A stretch of 64,000 nt of DNA from an uncultured Candidatus Saccharibacteria bacterium (GCA_964589975.1 CAZPVH010000004.1:10469-74468), one strand, 5' to 3'; positions 28,758 to 39,861 are shown, counted from the first letter of the stretch. The notes: generated by a model from the sequence alone, not told the origin. Program-made: numbers and translations.

Positions 28758-29300
28758 TTATTTATTTCCGAACTTTTCTTCATAGAGTTTGATCGACTTC
28801 TCGACGGCTGCAAGTGCGGCAGCCTTGTCAGAGATCTTGCCGATAGTCACGACTCCTTTCTCGCCCTTCTTGAGTTCCTTGTAAGTCTCGAAGAAGTGCA
28901 CATACTCCTTAAGATTGTGCTTGTTGATGTCAGAGAGATCTTTGGTATCTTCCCAGCGCTTATCATCAACCGGAACGCCGATTATCTTGTAATCAGATTC
29001 GCCGCCGTCGATCATTTCCATGACTGCTACCGGACGAACTTTAACCAACACGCCGACATTCAATGGAAAAGTTGTTAGGACAATAACATCAAGCGCGTCG
29101 CCGTCTTCCCAGAGCGTTTGCGGCACAAAGCCGTAGTCAAAAGGGTAGGGCGCAGAGCTGTAGTTTGCGCGATCGAGCGCGATAAGTCCGGTTTCTTTGT
29201 CGATCTCATACTTATTCGGAGAGTTCTTTGGGATTTCGATAATGACGTTCACTTCTTCCGGGATATTCTTTCCGCGCGTTACTTCATGCCATAGATTCAT
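28758..29300 (-). CDS. ppa: Inorganic pyrophosphatase (family I)
   Basis: NKYEIDKE, YGFVPQT, DGDALD, HFFETYK. Confidence 0.95.
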   Translation of the reverse strand: MNLWHEVTRGKNIPEEVNVIIEIPKNSPNKYEIDKETGLIALDRANYSSAPYPFDYGFVPQTLWEDGDALDVIVLTTFPLNVGVLVKVRPVAVMEMIDGGESDYKIIGVPVDDKRWEDTKDLSDINKHNLKEYVHFFETYKELKKGEKGVVTIGKISDKAAALAAVEKSIKLYEEKFGNK

Positions 29301-29324
29301 ATGTTTTTCTGACTAATTTAATAA

Positions 29325-30626
29325 TTATTCAGCAGCCTTCTCCTCAGAGGATTCCTCTGTTGTTTCAGTTGGAGCTTCTTCTTTTGCCTCCTCGATAGCT
29401 TCCTCGATTATTTCTTCAGCAGATTCCGTCGGTTTCTCGTCGACAATCTCGTCGTCGGTGTCGGCTTTTGGCGCGCCTTTTCCTTTGATATCGATTCTGT
29501 AGCCGGTAAGCTTCGCTGCCAAACGGACATTTTGTCCACCTTTGCCGATAGCGAGCGAGAGCTGGTCTTCGGCGACTTCTATTTCAGCGATTTTTTCGTC
29601 TGCTTTGATGTTGATATCAAGTATTTTCGCAGGAGAGAGAGACGCCGCGACAAATTCAGCCGGGTCGGAGCTCCATTCAATGATGTCGATCTTCTCGCCT
29701 CCTAGCTCATTCATGACCGTTGTCACGCGAACACCTTTCTGGCCTACACATGAGCCGATTGGGTCGATAGAGTCGTCGTGTGACATGACTGCCATCTTTG
29801 AGCGACTACCTGCCTCGCGAGCGATTGATTTGATCTCAACAGTGCCGCTTGCGATTTCAGGAGACTCGATGGCAAAGAGCGACTCAAGGAATCTTGGGTG
29901 TGAACGGGAGAGGTCGAGGTTTACTCCGCGGCCGGTTTCTTCAACCGCCATGAGGTAAGCCTTGATGCGCTGGCCCTGCATGAATCGTTCGCCGAAGATC
30001 TGCTCTTCGCGCGGCAGGATTCCTGTTGCTCGGTGGAAATCAACGAATAGAACTCCGCGATCGATCTTCTGAACGGTTCCAGTAACAATCTCACCTTCTT
30101 TTCCGCCGTATTCTTCCATGACAGCACCGCGCTCCGCTTCGCGGATGCGCTGGATGATGACCTGCTTCGCGGTCTGAGCGGCAATTCGGCCGAAGTCATC
30201 CTTCATCTCGAGAGGGAAGACGATCTCTTCGCCGAGCTCAGAGCCCTTCTTTATCTTTTTAGCGTCTTCAAGGAGAATATGTTTCTCAGGATTGTAAACG
30301 GGAAGAGGCTCCGGTTCATTCGGATCTTTTTCCACCACCGGCTCAAAGCGCGAAGGGCGGCGCTCGTCGTCTCCAAAGTCTGCTTCTTCTCCCTCGGCCA
30401 GGAACCTTACCGTCGTATCATCAACGACTATTTTTACTTGATAAAACTCCATTCCGCCGGAATCCATATCGAGCTTTACTCTCACGATCTGGCCTTTCTT
30501 GCCGTAATCTTTTTTATAAGCCGCGGCCAAGGATTGCTCTATGGCGTCTACTATTTTGTCCCTAGGAATCTTGCGCTCCTCTTCCAGTTGCATAAGCGCT
30601 GATTTCAATGTCTTTAAGTCCAACAT
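29325..30626 (-). CDS. nusA: Transcription factor NusA
   Basis: FGRIAAQTAKQVI, AREAGSRSK, SLAIGKGGQNVRLAAKLTG. Confidence 0.97.
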   Translation of the reverse strand: MLDLKTLKSALMQLEEERKIPRDKIVDAIEQSLAAAYKKDYGKKGQIVRVKLDMDSGGMEFYQVKIVVDDTTVRFLAEGEEADFGDDERRPSRFEPVVEKDPNEPEPLPVYNPEKHILLEDAKKIKKGSELGEEIVFPLEMKDDFGRIAAQTAKQVIIQRIREAERGAVMEEYGGKEGEIVTGTVQKIDRGVLFVDFHRATGILPREEQIFGERFMQGQRIKAYLMAVEETGRGVNLDLSRSHPRFLESLFAIESPEIASGTVEIKSIAREAGSRSKMAVMSHDDSIDPIGSCVGQKGVRVTTVMNELGGEKIDIIEWSSDPAEFVAASLSPAKILDINIKADEKIAEIEVAEDQLSLAIGKGGQNVRLAAKLTGYRIDIKGKGAPKADTDDEIVDEKPTESAEEIIEEAIEEAKEEAPTETTEESSEEKAAE

Positions 30627-30760
30627 ATATTTAATTGTTACTCCTATTAAATTTTAAACCCTTAATAAAATAGCCCTGGAGGCCAGGACAATCACGCTTC
30701 TATAATAATATTCCACATCAAATAAGTCAAATGTTATGTGCGGCGTGATAAAATATGGCA

Positions 30761-33727
30761 ATGAAAAAACTTTCAGATGAATTCGTGCTTTCGGTCGGGA
30801 TGCTCCTTACGGCGTTTTTGATTTTTCAAGCAGCTATTATCCCCGGGATGTACAACAAAGATCAAACAGCTGCAGTTTTTACATCTAAGAAAGATTCGTT
30901 TGAAATCAGTCCTTCCAAGTCAAACCCAAAAGTATTTAGTTTTGAATATAAATTTGAAACTTTAAAATCTGGCAAAGAAGCTTACTTTGATATACCGATT
31001 AGGAGGTTTGATGACAAAAGAACTTCTCTTGGCGCGGACAATGAGATTTTTGGCAACATAAGAGACGCATGGAACTATCCTGTCAGAGAAAATGCGTTCA
31101 TGAATGCTCGTGGTGGGGGAGAAAAAAGAGGCGGAGATGACCGCTCTGATGAAGATCCAGACGTTCTTGGGCAAGTGAACTGTCGAGCAAATACTGATAT
31201 TGATGGCTATTTTAAAGCTTATTTTGAGGATGTGGCGCTGGGGAATGGTGTCGGTTACGCGGATCAGATTTTTGGAGAGGCTAGGCGAAACGAAGTCTGT
31301 CAGGTTCTACAGGATATCTCAGAACTCATCAATCTTGATGAGACGGACGTAACTCCTGATATTATATTCATGGCAGACCCTGGAAATATTCCGCCAAATG
31401 CACTGGCAGGAGCTTCATCCTATTTTAACAATGCCTCGATTGGGCCGGACAACGGATTTCTACATCGCCACATCATCTCGGAGGAAGATCCAACGCCGGC
31501 AGACGGAATGTTTGATGCTTATGTTGTCACAAATTTTAATGGTATCAGCTGGGATGTTGATACGGATTTGAATCCTGGCACATATGACATGTATTCCGTC
31601 CTGTATCACGAAATATTACACGCCCTTGGTTTCAGGGGACTTCTACCTGCTGTTATAACTAATTCAGGTTCTACGTTCCATCACGATACATTTGACAGCT
31701 TCTCATTCAAGGATGATTCTTTAGCGGATCAGTTCATTGATCCGAGTGACTTTAGTCTTGATGTATTTAACGGAGCCCCATCGCCTTGGTTTGTTACAAA
31801 CGATGTTGTTTATAGGGGCACGAGGAATTTGGACGGGGCAGTTCCTGACGGCATCAGGCCTATTTATAGCCCGATTGGGTGGCAGCAGGGCTCGTCTCTG
31901 TCACACTTTGATATGGCGAGAGCGAATGGCGAGGTCTACGTTATGCATCCATCAATTGGCACCAATACCGAGCGTTCGATTCACGAGCATGAAAAGGAGG
32001 TTTTATGCCACCTAGGCTATGTGGTAGAGGGGGTGAGTGGCTGCGAAGACGCGACGCCTTGGGCCGAAAATGATGTCGCGGCCCTACAGACTGGAAGCGC
32101 GATTTGCATTGAACCGCTTTTAAATGATTTTTCTCTTGAAAATGGGACTGTCCGCCTCAATGAGGTTATTCCTATAGATATTCAAGCAGGGGATGTTATT
32201 GCGTACCATAGTACTGTTAACTGCACAGGTGCGCCGCTCCCGGATGCTGATTGGGCCAGGACCATATTATTTGAATCAACAAGCAATGATAGCGTAAGAC
32301 TTCTGGCTTATAGGGATAGAGATACTGCCTCGGATAGGTTGTCGAATCAGGCAATTATCAAGATTGTGGGAGATTGCAGCAATGATCCAGATGAATATGT
32401 CTGCAATGGAGATTTCGAGATGACAACTGCCCCAAATGACGCATTCATTTCCTGTCCGAACGGCTGGGACCCCTTCATTTCCGCGACTACTTACTGGTGT
32501 AACGCATACGACGATGGCGCCTATGTTCTTTCGGCAAATCAGCAGATGGACATAGTTGTTCCAGAGAACGATGATTATATTGCAGATGTTAATCCTTTGC
32601 CTTGGGCCTTCTCTAACAAGCTTCGTCAGCCACTCGTTGCCGGGGAAGATTACATTTTGTCTTTCGATATGTGGGGCCACATGGATTATATACCTCCGGC
32701 GCTCATAATCGGTTTAAATATGGAGCCATTGGTCGGCCACACCGCTGAAACATGGTATGCCGACGCGGAGTCTTTTCCCGATCAGACTATACCGGTAACC
32801 CAATTGGGAGAGCCGATTTCTCAAACCATCCTAAATGTCTGGTGGGATCATTACGAAATTCCATTCACGGCGAATGACAACTATGAATCTCTTATTTTTG
32901 GATCAGATATATACAAATTATTCCTAGACAATATATCTATCAAGCGAGCAGATATTTTTGAAGAAGGCGGATTAAATACAGTTCAGGGCAAGGTTTATTA
33001 TGATCTCAATTCAAACGGTCAGCTAGAGACAGGCGAGAGCGGGTTGAGCGGTATAACAGTTGGAATATTTCCGCTTGGTTCAACAATACCGCTTGCCACC
33101 ACAACGACAGAAGATGGTGTAAATCTCGGTGAATACGTGTTTGAAAATATGCCCGACAATGTATATAGAATGGTCCTCATGGATGAATCTGTTTTTCCAT
33201 CTGTTACCGAACCAGCGTCTAATAGCTTATTGCCGGGGTACAACCATGCAGTGCATACGTATATCGTCGATGGCGAGACGTCCGAAGGTAATGATTTTGG
33301 TGTCACGCTCGAGGTTGGTCAAATGCCGAATATTCATCTAAAGAAAGGGTTGGCGGATTCCTCGCTCTCTCTTATTGATCGCAATATTACATGGCAGATT
33401 GAGGCTACAAATACGGGAGAAATCGCTGCTCATAACGTTAATATTTCAGACCCTATTCCACTCGGACTTATATACTATAGCCACGTTACACCATCTCCAA
33501 ACATTTATAGCCCAGATACCCATATCTGGAATCTCCCGGTCGTTCAGTCGGGCCAGACGATCGTTCTCCAGATCACCATGAAAGTTCCGCTAGGAACTTG
33601 CGGCAAAAAAGACAATACGGCCAACCTGGTATCTCTAAATGAAGTCGATAGCGATCCAGCTGACAATGTCGCATCGGCGACAATCAAGCTTCGACCGTGC
33701 GGAAATCAAATTGAATCAGTGAAGTAG
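30761..33727 (+). CDS. Surface protein: zinc metallopeptidase-like (HExxH) + SdrD B-like + DUF11-like domains
   Basis: YHEILHALGF, QQGSSLSHFD; GKVYYDLNSNGQLETGESGLSG; ITWQIEATNTG..DSDPADN. Confidence 0.78.
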   Translation: MKKLSDEFVLSVGMLLTAFLIFQAAIIPGMYNKDQTAAVFTSKKDSFEISPSKSNPKVFSFEYKFETLKSGKEAYFDIPIRRFDDKRTSLGADNEIFGNIRDAWNYPVRENAFMNARGGGEKRGGDDRSDEDPDVLGQVNCRANTDIDGYFKAYFEDVALGNGVGYADQIFGEARRNEVCQVLQDISELINLDETDVTPDIIFMADPGNIPPNALAGASSYFNNASIGPDNGFLHRHIISEEDPTPADGMFDAYVVTNFNGISWDVDTDLNPGTYDMYSVLYHEILHALGFRGLLPAVITNSGSTFHHDTFDSFSFKDDSLADQFIDPSDFSLDVFNGAPSPWFVTNDVVYRGTRNLDGAVPDGIRPIYSPIGWQQGSSLSHFDMARANGEVYVMHPSIGTNTERSIHEHEKEVLCHLGYVVEGVSGCEDATPWAENDVAALQTGSAICIEPLLNDFSLENGTVRLNEVIPIDIQAGDVIAYHSTVNCTGAPLPDADWARTILFESTSNDSVRLLAYRDRDTASDRLSNQAIIKIVGDCSNDPDEYVCNGDFEMTTAPNDAFISCPNGWDPFISATTYWCNAYDDGAYVLSANQQMDIVVPENDDYIADVNPLPWAFSNKLRQPLVAGEDYILSFDMWGHMDYIPPALIIGLNMEPLVGHTAETWYADAESFPDQTIPVTQLGEPISQTILNVWWDHYEIPFTANDNYESLIFGSDIYKLFLDNISIKRADIFEEGGLNTVQGKVYYDLNSNGQLETGESGLSGITVGIFPLGSTIPLATTTTEDGVNLGEYVFENMPDNVYRMVLMDESVFPSVTEPASNSLLPGYNHAVHTYIVDGETSEGNDFGVTLEVGQMPNIHLKKGLADSSLSLIDRNITWQIEATNTGEIAAHNVNISDPIPLGLIYYSHVTPSPNIYSPDTHIWNLPVVQSGQTIVLQITMKVPLGTCGKKDNTANLVSLNEVDSDPADNVASATIKLRPCGNQIESVK

Positions 33728-33737
33728 ATTTTGTTGG

Positions 33738-33746
33738 TTATCCACA
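33738..33746 (+). promoter_or_regulatory. DnaA box
   Basis: Perfect TTATCCACA ~40 nt upstream of TATGAT. Confidence 0.5.
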
Positions 33747-33828
33747 AAGATTATATATAGAATCACTCGGTACGCGGCTCAGGTGTTATGATAGTACTAT
33801 CAATTAGAACTAAGCTTGTTTTTTATTT

Positions 33829-34131
33829 ATGAATTCGCAAACGCAAATCAAAAAGAAGTCTCAATGGTTTCTGTATGCCCTTCTTGTAGTTTTGGTAATC
33901 ATCGTACTTATCATAATGATTGGTAAAAATAAGCAAGAAAAGATTTCGGATGATCGTCGCGATCAAATAATAGAGCTTCTGAGGGCTAGAAACACTGCAA
34001 ACTCAAACCTGACACCGGAACAGCAAGCCCAGGTTGTAGATAAACTTCGCGCAGGCAATAAAACCAACAAGAGCAATCTTAATGAGGAGCAAATGCAGCA
34101 GGTCATGGACTCGCTCCGATCGAGGCAATAA
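33829..34131 (+). CDS. Small single-TM protein
   Basis: 100 aa, TM followed by three LTPEQQ-like helical repeats. Confidence 0.7.
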   Translation: MNSQTQIKKKSQWFLYALLVVLVIIVLIIMIGKNKQEKISDDRRDQIIELLRARNTANSNLTPEQQAQVVDKLRAGNKTNKSNLNEEQMQQVMDSLRSRQ

Positions 34132-34143
34132 TCTCATGACTTT

Positions 34144-36468
34144 ATGGTCCGTTTCCTTTTAAAAAGCAAGACCAGGAAAATCAGAACCTCCATTATCGCG
34201 GGGGCTCTGATTGTTTTCGGAGCTATTTTCTTTGGTTTCGGTGGCGCGCAGGCGGCTCCAAACTTTGATCCGATTCCTGCAGATTCTGAGCCAGGAGATA
34301 TTTCCGGATTTGCTTGGATGGGAACTGATATTAATAATCCGGGACAGAGTGAGGGAGGAGGGGGGTGGCTTAATATGAGTTGCAAAACTTCTTATTGCTA
34401 CGACTGGAATGGCAACGGCTCTTTAGAAGATAATGAAAAGTGGGGCGTCACCATAAATTTGAGCCACACGGCTTCTGCTGGAAGTTTCTCTGGCTATGCC
34501 TGGAGTTCAAATTACGGATGGCTGGCATTTAGGGGTCCAGGAATATCGAGATGCTGGACACAGCATCCAGGTATAACCACCGATGGAATGGTTCAGGCAG
34601 ACATATGGGGCGGTGGAAGTTTGATCGATGTTACGGGGTGGGCTCAATTCGTGGCTGGGGGAGATAATGATCTTGATGGTTGGGACGGTTGCGTTGCTTT
34701 TAGTGGTGCGAATCACGGCGTAAAGCTCAACATGGATACTGGGGATCTCGAGGGTTGGGCCTGGGGTGGTCCGGTTGTGGGTTGGATCAGTTTCCAGACG
34801 CCAGAATGTCCAGAGTGCAATACCAGCGTTAACCTAGGGGGAACTCCGCAGCTCACTTTCTGGGCAAGCCCAACAGTACTTACTCCCGGCATAACCAGCT
34901 CGACTCTCCATTGGACGTCAAATACTGTAAACGGGAATTACGTGGCTACGTGTACGGATTATAATAATACTAGTAATTACACCCATTGGAGAAGTGTCGG
35001 CATGCCGACCGTCACTAATGTAGGAGAAATCAGTACAAGTGAGGGCAATCTGCCTAATGGGACCCATCCGATAAATAACGTGACCCAGACTACTACGTAT
35101 AGTCTTACATGCCAAGACAGGTTCGGCGAGGATTTGCCGACCCAGTATGTGACGGTGACTGTACAAGTACCTGGCTGTACTGATCCATTGGCTCCAAACT
35201 ACAATCCGCTCGCGAACATTGATGATGGTAGTTGCGGAGGCGCCGGTACGCCAACTGTTACACTAAACGTTATTACAAATGGTTCTCCTGATAATACATT
35301 GCCAGAAGGCAGTAGTAACGCTACCGACTATCAAGTGAGTCCGCGATGGGTATTCACTAATAGAAACCAATTTGCTTCGGCATACTGTACTCAGTCATTC
35401 AAAGACGAGAACGGTGTGACACAGAACTTGAATGCATGGACCGGATCACAATTATCTAACCCAACGCTTGTTGGAAACAATCCATTCGATACTTCAGGTA
35501 ACAGCTGGGTTACAACGACAAATATCGCAACGTACGCGGATGACGCGCCGGTCGGTTCAGTGTTCACCTTTACTATCTCTTGTGTGGATCTTGGTGGGGT
35601 TACTCATTCTGCGAGTGATACGGTGATAATTGTTGCCGGACCAATCGATCCGCCAACACCGTCACTTGCGCTCTTCGCTGAGAATCCGACCATTATTATT
35701 GGTAGCGGTAATTATGACGAAAAGCTTTGGTGGTCATCTAACAATCCTAGCGAGCTTGAATCCTGTACAGGCGACTTCGTTCGAACTTCTCCTTCAGCGC
35801 AGAACCCGAACTTGGTTGGTTGGGAAACAGGTAATCTGCCTGAGCCGAACGTTAACCAAAATCCTGGCCACACCGCCCATCAAACTGCATTCAACACTTT
35901 GGCCGCAGGCGTAACATCTCCAGCGACATATAGATTTACCCTCACTTGTGACGATGATTTGCATCCTGGTGAAGAAGTTAGCGCTTCAACCAACATACAG
36001 TTTATTGATACTCCGGTCTCGACCGAGCCACCATTCGTTTCGCTATCTATTAAGACGCCTGATACGAACCCAGTCGGAGGCGGATCAGAGCAGATTCCAG
36101 CTGGTGGTATTGACCCATTCACCCTCAAGTGGTCAGCTCTCAATGTTCACGGATGTAAGGCAGCATCCGATCAGTACTTGCCAGGCGGCACATCTCCTGT
36201 AAGCAGCAATGCGAACTGGGACGGTCAACCTGTTCCTGACGATGGTGATCCTACAGACTCATCGATGGTAGAGAAAACCTTCCCTATACTGCCTCCGGAT
36301 AACATGAACACGATTTTCTTCATCACTGACTGTGTTCCTGATGATCCGACAACATTTGGAAGTGCGCCGTTACCTGATGTGTGGGTATGTATGTCGATCA
36401 CCGGACAAGCATTCCAGTCATGTAGTCCGTCTGGACCAGGTCGACCACCGGCTTACATAGAAATCTAA
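34144..36468 (+). CDS. Secreted Cys/Trp-rich surface protein
   Basis: Repeated SG(F/Y)AW..GW motifs, GCTDPLAPNYNPLANIDDGSC, repeated Ig-like W..C..FTLTC modules. Confidence 0.8.
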   Translation: MVRFLLKSKTRKIRTSIIAGALIVFGAIFFGFGGAQAAPNFDPIPADSEPGDISGFAWMGTDINNPGQSEGGGGWLNMSCKTSYCYDWNGNGSLEDNEKWGVTINLSHTASAGSFSGYAWSSNYGWLAFRGPGISRCWTQHPGITTDGMVQADIWGGGSLIDVTGWAQFVAGGDNDLDGWDGCVAFSGANHGVKLNMDTGDLEGWAWGGPVVGWISFQTPECPECNTSVNLGGTPQLTFWASPTVLTPGITSSTLHWTSNTVNGNYVATCTDYNNTSNYTHWRSVGMPTVTNVGEISTSEGNLPNGTHPINNVTQTTTYSLTCQDRFGEDLPTQYVTVTVQVPGCTDPLAPNYNPLANIDDGSCGGAGTPTVTLNVITNGSPDNTLPEGSSNATDYQVSPRWVFTNRNQFASAYCTQSFKDENGVTQNLNAWTGSQLSNPTLVGNNPFDTSGNSWVTTTNIATYADDAPVGSVFTFTISCVDLGGVTHSASDTVIIVAGPIDPPTPSLALFAENPTIIIGSGNYDEKLWWSSNNPSELESCTGDFVRTSPSAQNPNLVGWETGNLPEPNVNQNPGHTAHQTAFNTLAAGVTSPATYRFTLTCDDDLHPGEEVSASTNIQFIDTPVSTEPPFVSLSIKTPDTNPVGGGSEQIPAGGIDPFTLKWSALNVHGCKAASDQYLPGGTSPVSSNANWDGQPVPDDGDPTDSSMVEKTFPILPPDNMNTIFFITDCVPDDPTTFGSAPLPDVWVCMSITGQAFQSCSPSGPGRPPAYIEI

Positions 36469-36474
36469 AAGAAA

Positions 36475-36508
36475 AATCAAAAACTTCGCATTAGCGAAGT
36501 TTTTGATT
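36475..36508 (+). terminator. Intrinsic terminator
   Basis: AATCAAAAACTTCGC-atta-GCGAAGTTTTTGATT. Confidence 0.7.
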
Positions 36509-36618
36509 GAGTGGGTTTTCCACAAACTGTATGACAAATGTCAACAGGGAAGAGCCATGAAGTGATATTATAGAAGAAGCTTTAGAAATTATTAGTCGCA
36601 TTATTTTTATTATTTGTT

Positions 36619-39600
36619 ATGTCATCTTTTAGAACCAAAGTCGCCGCCGCAGTTTTCACAATCGTCGCTCTCACATTCGGGCCATACGCGGCTCTCGCGC
36701 AGAACTCCTGGACTCCGCCGACACAGGCTCCGACCGGCGGCAACGTTCCGGCTCCGGTAAACGTCGGAATATCCGACCAGACCAAGCTTGGACCTTTGTC
36801 GATAAAGGGCGCTTTCAAGAGCCTCTCCACTTCTACGCTCTCTGGTGATGTTGTCACTCAGCCTGACACCAGTGGCTTTGGCTTCATGGCAAACTTTCTT
36901 GAGACATTCTTCTATAACAATGTCTATGTGGGAGATGCAACTCCTTTCAATGGTTCCGGTAATGAAATCCCGGTAGACTTCAATGTCTACGGTAAGTTCA
37001 AATATCAAACAGCAGATAATGCCGGCAATCCTGAGCCAGTAAATCCTGGTGACATTCTCGTGGCCAATGACGAGGGCTACACCGAATGGGCTGACCCATC
37101 AACTATTTCAGGTGGCGGTTCAGACCCAAGATTGCCAAATGGTACATCAAAAGGCGACACATTATATTGGGATCCGACCACTAGTAAATGGGTGGTAGCA
37201 TCAAATGTTCAAATAAGTCCAAATGTTTTTGAGTCTCTTCGAGCTACTGGCACAAATGGAGGACTTCATGTTTTGAATGACGGCTCAGTGGTTTCTGATT
37301 ACCGAGCTTCTTTTACCGGCGGACTCAAAGTAACTCTTCCGAGCGGCGCTCCGACACCTGGACAGGTTCTTGAAACATCAGACAACCAAGGAAACATAGC
37401 TTGGGGAGATGGACTACCTCCGGGAGGAAATAATGGTGATGTTTTGGTGTGGAACAGTACTACTAATCAATGGGAATCGACGACTTTCAATGTAACTGGA
37501 AGTCTTCCTCCGGGTAACTCAACCGGCCAGTCTCTTCGATGGACCGGTACTGCATGGCAGGTGACGGATGCTGTTAAGACTCCGAGCGATACAACTGTCC
37601 AGATTGGCGCCAACGCAAGCAACACCGCAGTCATGATTGGAAACACGGTCAACACGTCGTTCATGCAGATCAATTCCAACAGTTTAAATTTAAACCCTGA
37701 CGCTATCAGTATCCCTCTAAACGGCACAGCCGCTGCTGGTAAGGTTCTGGCCTCAAGTAATAACACTGGTGCCCTGGCTTGGACAGATGTCTCAAGTCTT
37801 CCCGGGGGACTTCCCGCAGGAACAACTGGTCAGACCCTTTGGCACAACGGCACATCATGGCAACCTACAAGCAAACTTATTTGGAACGGCGCAGGAGAAG
37901 TCTTAAAGTTTGAAGGATCGGGTCTTCTTTTGAAGGGGGAGGGCGGCGCACTCGACCCAGCTGAGGGACGATTCTTGCAGTCTAAAAATGATCAGGGGGA
38001 AGTAGTATGGAATAAATACTTTGTTTATAAAGACATACCTTATGTAGATGATGGTGTAGACAAGCATATCGACTCTATCGAGATTCTTGAAAGCAATGGT
38101 GATGATACCAGGACTTCTGGACTGGCTAACTATGGCGAATATACTTACCTTGCGAATCGTTTAGAAGTCGATGGTCTTACGTTCCTAAATAACGACACAG
38201 AGGTTAACGGCGAGTCTATATTAAATGGCAATACCACAATTTCTACTAGTGGAGACCTGTGGCTTGAGGGAATCGACGCCCTGCCACCGACACAGATGGA
38301 TCTTAATGGCAATCCTGTATCGATGAATTACAACCTAGAGTCTCTTTGTATAAATAGACAAGATTTCAAGGTCGTCCTCTGTGATCCAGGCGCGGGCAAA
38401 CCAAAGCCTCAAGTTATTGGAACATTTACAGAGACTTTTGGTCCTGGTTCTGGCACAGGCGTATCATTCCCAAGACCTAATCAGGCCCCAGGTCCTGTTG
38501 AGGTGAAAATGTGTGCTGCTGGCGGTGGTGGTGGTGGTGGTGGACGTGGATTTGAGATTGATCTTAATGAATATGGTCACGGTGGTGGTGGTGGTGGTGG
38601 TGGTGGTAAGGGGCAATGTTCGACAACTACAATAAATCCTGGTGATGGAGAAGAAATCACATGGACATCGATAGGCGCAGGTGGTTCTGGAGGAAGTCCG
38701 GGAAATATTGATGTGGTCTATGGTTACGGCGAGCCGTATCAGGTAAATGCTAATACTGCAGCTACAAGCGGTCAGCCTGGAGGAGGTACTCAGGTTTATT
38801 TTGAAGGAAATCTATTGGCTAGTCTAATGGGCGGATCAGGTGGTTATGCGGGCGGAAATGCTAGTACTAGCGGACAAGGTATCGGTGGAAGTGGTGGTTC
38901 GAGTGATTTAACAGTTGCTACTGTTTGGTGGCATAAGGGTGCCAACGGTCAAATAGACTCAGAGGGTGGCAATGGTGGTCATGGTGGTAAAGGAGAAGAT
39001 AATGCTTCTGGGCAGGGTGGTGAGGGTGGTGGTTCTGGTCAATTTCAAAGTGGCCAACAATTTGGTGGAAATGGAATGCAGGGAGCTGCTGGTTATGGCG
39101 GCGGTGGCGGTGGCGGCGCATCTGGAAAGTGGTACGATTACGCCTATACTTTAAGTAATCAGAATGATGATGATAACGCTTACGTTAGTCATGGAGGCTG
39201 GGGCGGAAATGGCGGAAGTGGTTATGTTGCTATTACCTACAACATATATCTTCCAGATCCGGAACCTATTACTGAACAGCTCTTTACAGAATCAGGCACG
39301 TTTAACATAAATGTTATTCCGACAAATGTTGTTGATGTTACTATCGAAGCTTGGGGAGGCGGCGGTGGCGGAGGACTTGCTCAAAACGCTGTTGGTGGTC
39401 TGTCCGGAAGCCACAATAGATACGGCGGCGGCGGAGGTTCTGGAGGCTATGCGAAGACGATTATTCCGAGAGCAAACCTCACAAATACTCTGAATGTAAT
39501 CGTTGGCGGAGGAGGAGCAGCCTCAGCTAATGGTGGACCAAGTAGTGTTGTCGGGGGCGGTCAGATTGTTACGGCATACGGTGGTGAGGGCGGAAAAGAC

Positions 39601-39861
39601 TCGATCCAGAACGCAGCATGTACAGCCGGAGGTAATGGAGGTACGAATAACTACGGACAGGATCAGGCGGTAGACGGAGGCGACGGAGGAGCTTGTGGAG
39701 TTCTCCAGGTCAACCCACCTGTTGTCGGGGCTGGCCAGGGTGGAGTCCAGTCTGTCGGTGGTTATGGCACAGGAGGCAACGGAGCTAAACTGTTCGGTTC
39801 AGGAGCTAGTCCTGTAGCGGCCCAGAGTGGTCAGGCCGGACGAGTTCTCATCTCTTGGTAA
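36619..39861 (+). CDS. Secreted fibre-like adhesin with two glycine-rich C-terminal domains
   Basis: Signal peptide, WTPPTQAPTGGNVPAPVNVG, repeated LPxG..G.L.W and G.VL.S...G...W units, GGGGG tracts. Confidence 0.8.
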   Translation: MSSFRTKVAAAVFTIVALTFGPYAALAQNSWTPPTQAPTGGNVPAPVNVGISDQTKLGPLSIKGAFKSLSTSTLSGDVVTQPDTSGFGFMANFLETFFYNNVYVGDATPFNGSGNEIPVDFNVYGKFKYQTADNAGNPEPVNPGDILVANDEGYTEWADPSTISGGGSDPRLPNGTSKGDTLYWDPTTSKWVVASNVQISPNVFESLRATGTNGGLHVLNDGSVVSDYRASFTGGLKVTLPSGAPTPGQVLETSDNQGNIAWGDGLPPGGNNGDVLVWNSTTNQWESTTFNVTGSLPPGNSTGQSLRWTGTAWQVTDAVKTPSDTTVQIGANASNTAVMIGNTVNTSFMQINSNSLNLNPDAISIPLNGTAAAGKVLASSNNTGALAWTDVSSLPGGLPAGTTGQTLWHNGTSWQPTSKLIWNGAGEVLKFEGSGLLLKGEGGALDPAEGRFLQSKNDQGEVVWNKYFVYKDIPYVDDGVDKHIDSIEILESNGDDTRTSGLANYGEYTYLANRLEVDGLTFLNNDTEVNGESILNGNTTISTSGDLWLEGIDALPPTQMDLNGNPVSMNYNLESLCINRQDFKVVLCDPGAGKPKPQVIGTFTETFGPGSGTGVSFPRPNQAPGPVEVKMCAAGGGGGGGGRGFEIDLNEYGHGGGGGGGGGKGQCSTTTINPGDGEEITWTSIGAGGSGGSPGNIDVVYGYGEPYQVNANTAATSGQPGGGTQVYFEGNLLASLMGGSGGYAGGNASTSGQGIGGSGGSSDLTVATVWWHKGANGQIDSEGGNGGHGGKGEDNASGQGGEGGGSGQFQSGQQFGGNGMQGAAGYGGGGGGGASGKWYDYAYTLSNQNDDDNAYVSHGGWGGNGGSGYVAITYNIYLPDPEPITEQLFTESGTFNINVIPTNVVDVTIEAWGGGGGGGLAQNAVGGLSGSHNRYGGGGGSGGYAKTIIPRANLTNTLNVIVGGGGAASANGGPSSVVGGGQIVTAYGGEGGKDSIQNAACTAGGNGGTNNYGQDQAVDGGDGGACGVLQVNPPVVGAGQGGVQSVGGYGTGGNGAKLFGSGASPVAAQSGQAGRVLISW

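Noticed and set aside
28757-28813. N-terminal extension of trigger factor (MQPSRSRSNS) resembling the element peptide
   Set aside because: Overlaps the ppa 3' end and lacks the DNA hairpin; the true start is likely 28756
38521-38607. GGT tandem runs as contingency repeats
   Set aside because: In-frame poly-Gly codons typical of glycine-rich domains; changes would not frameshift
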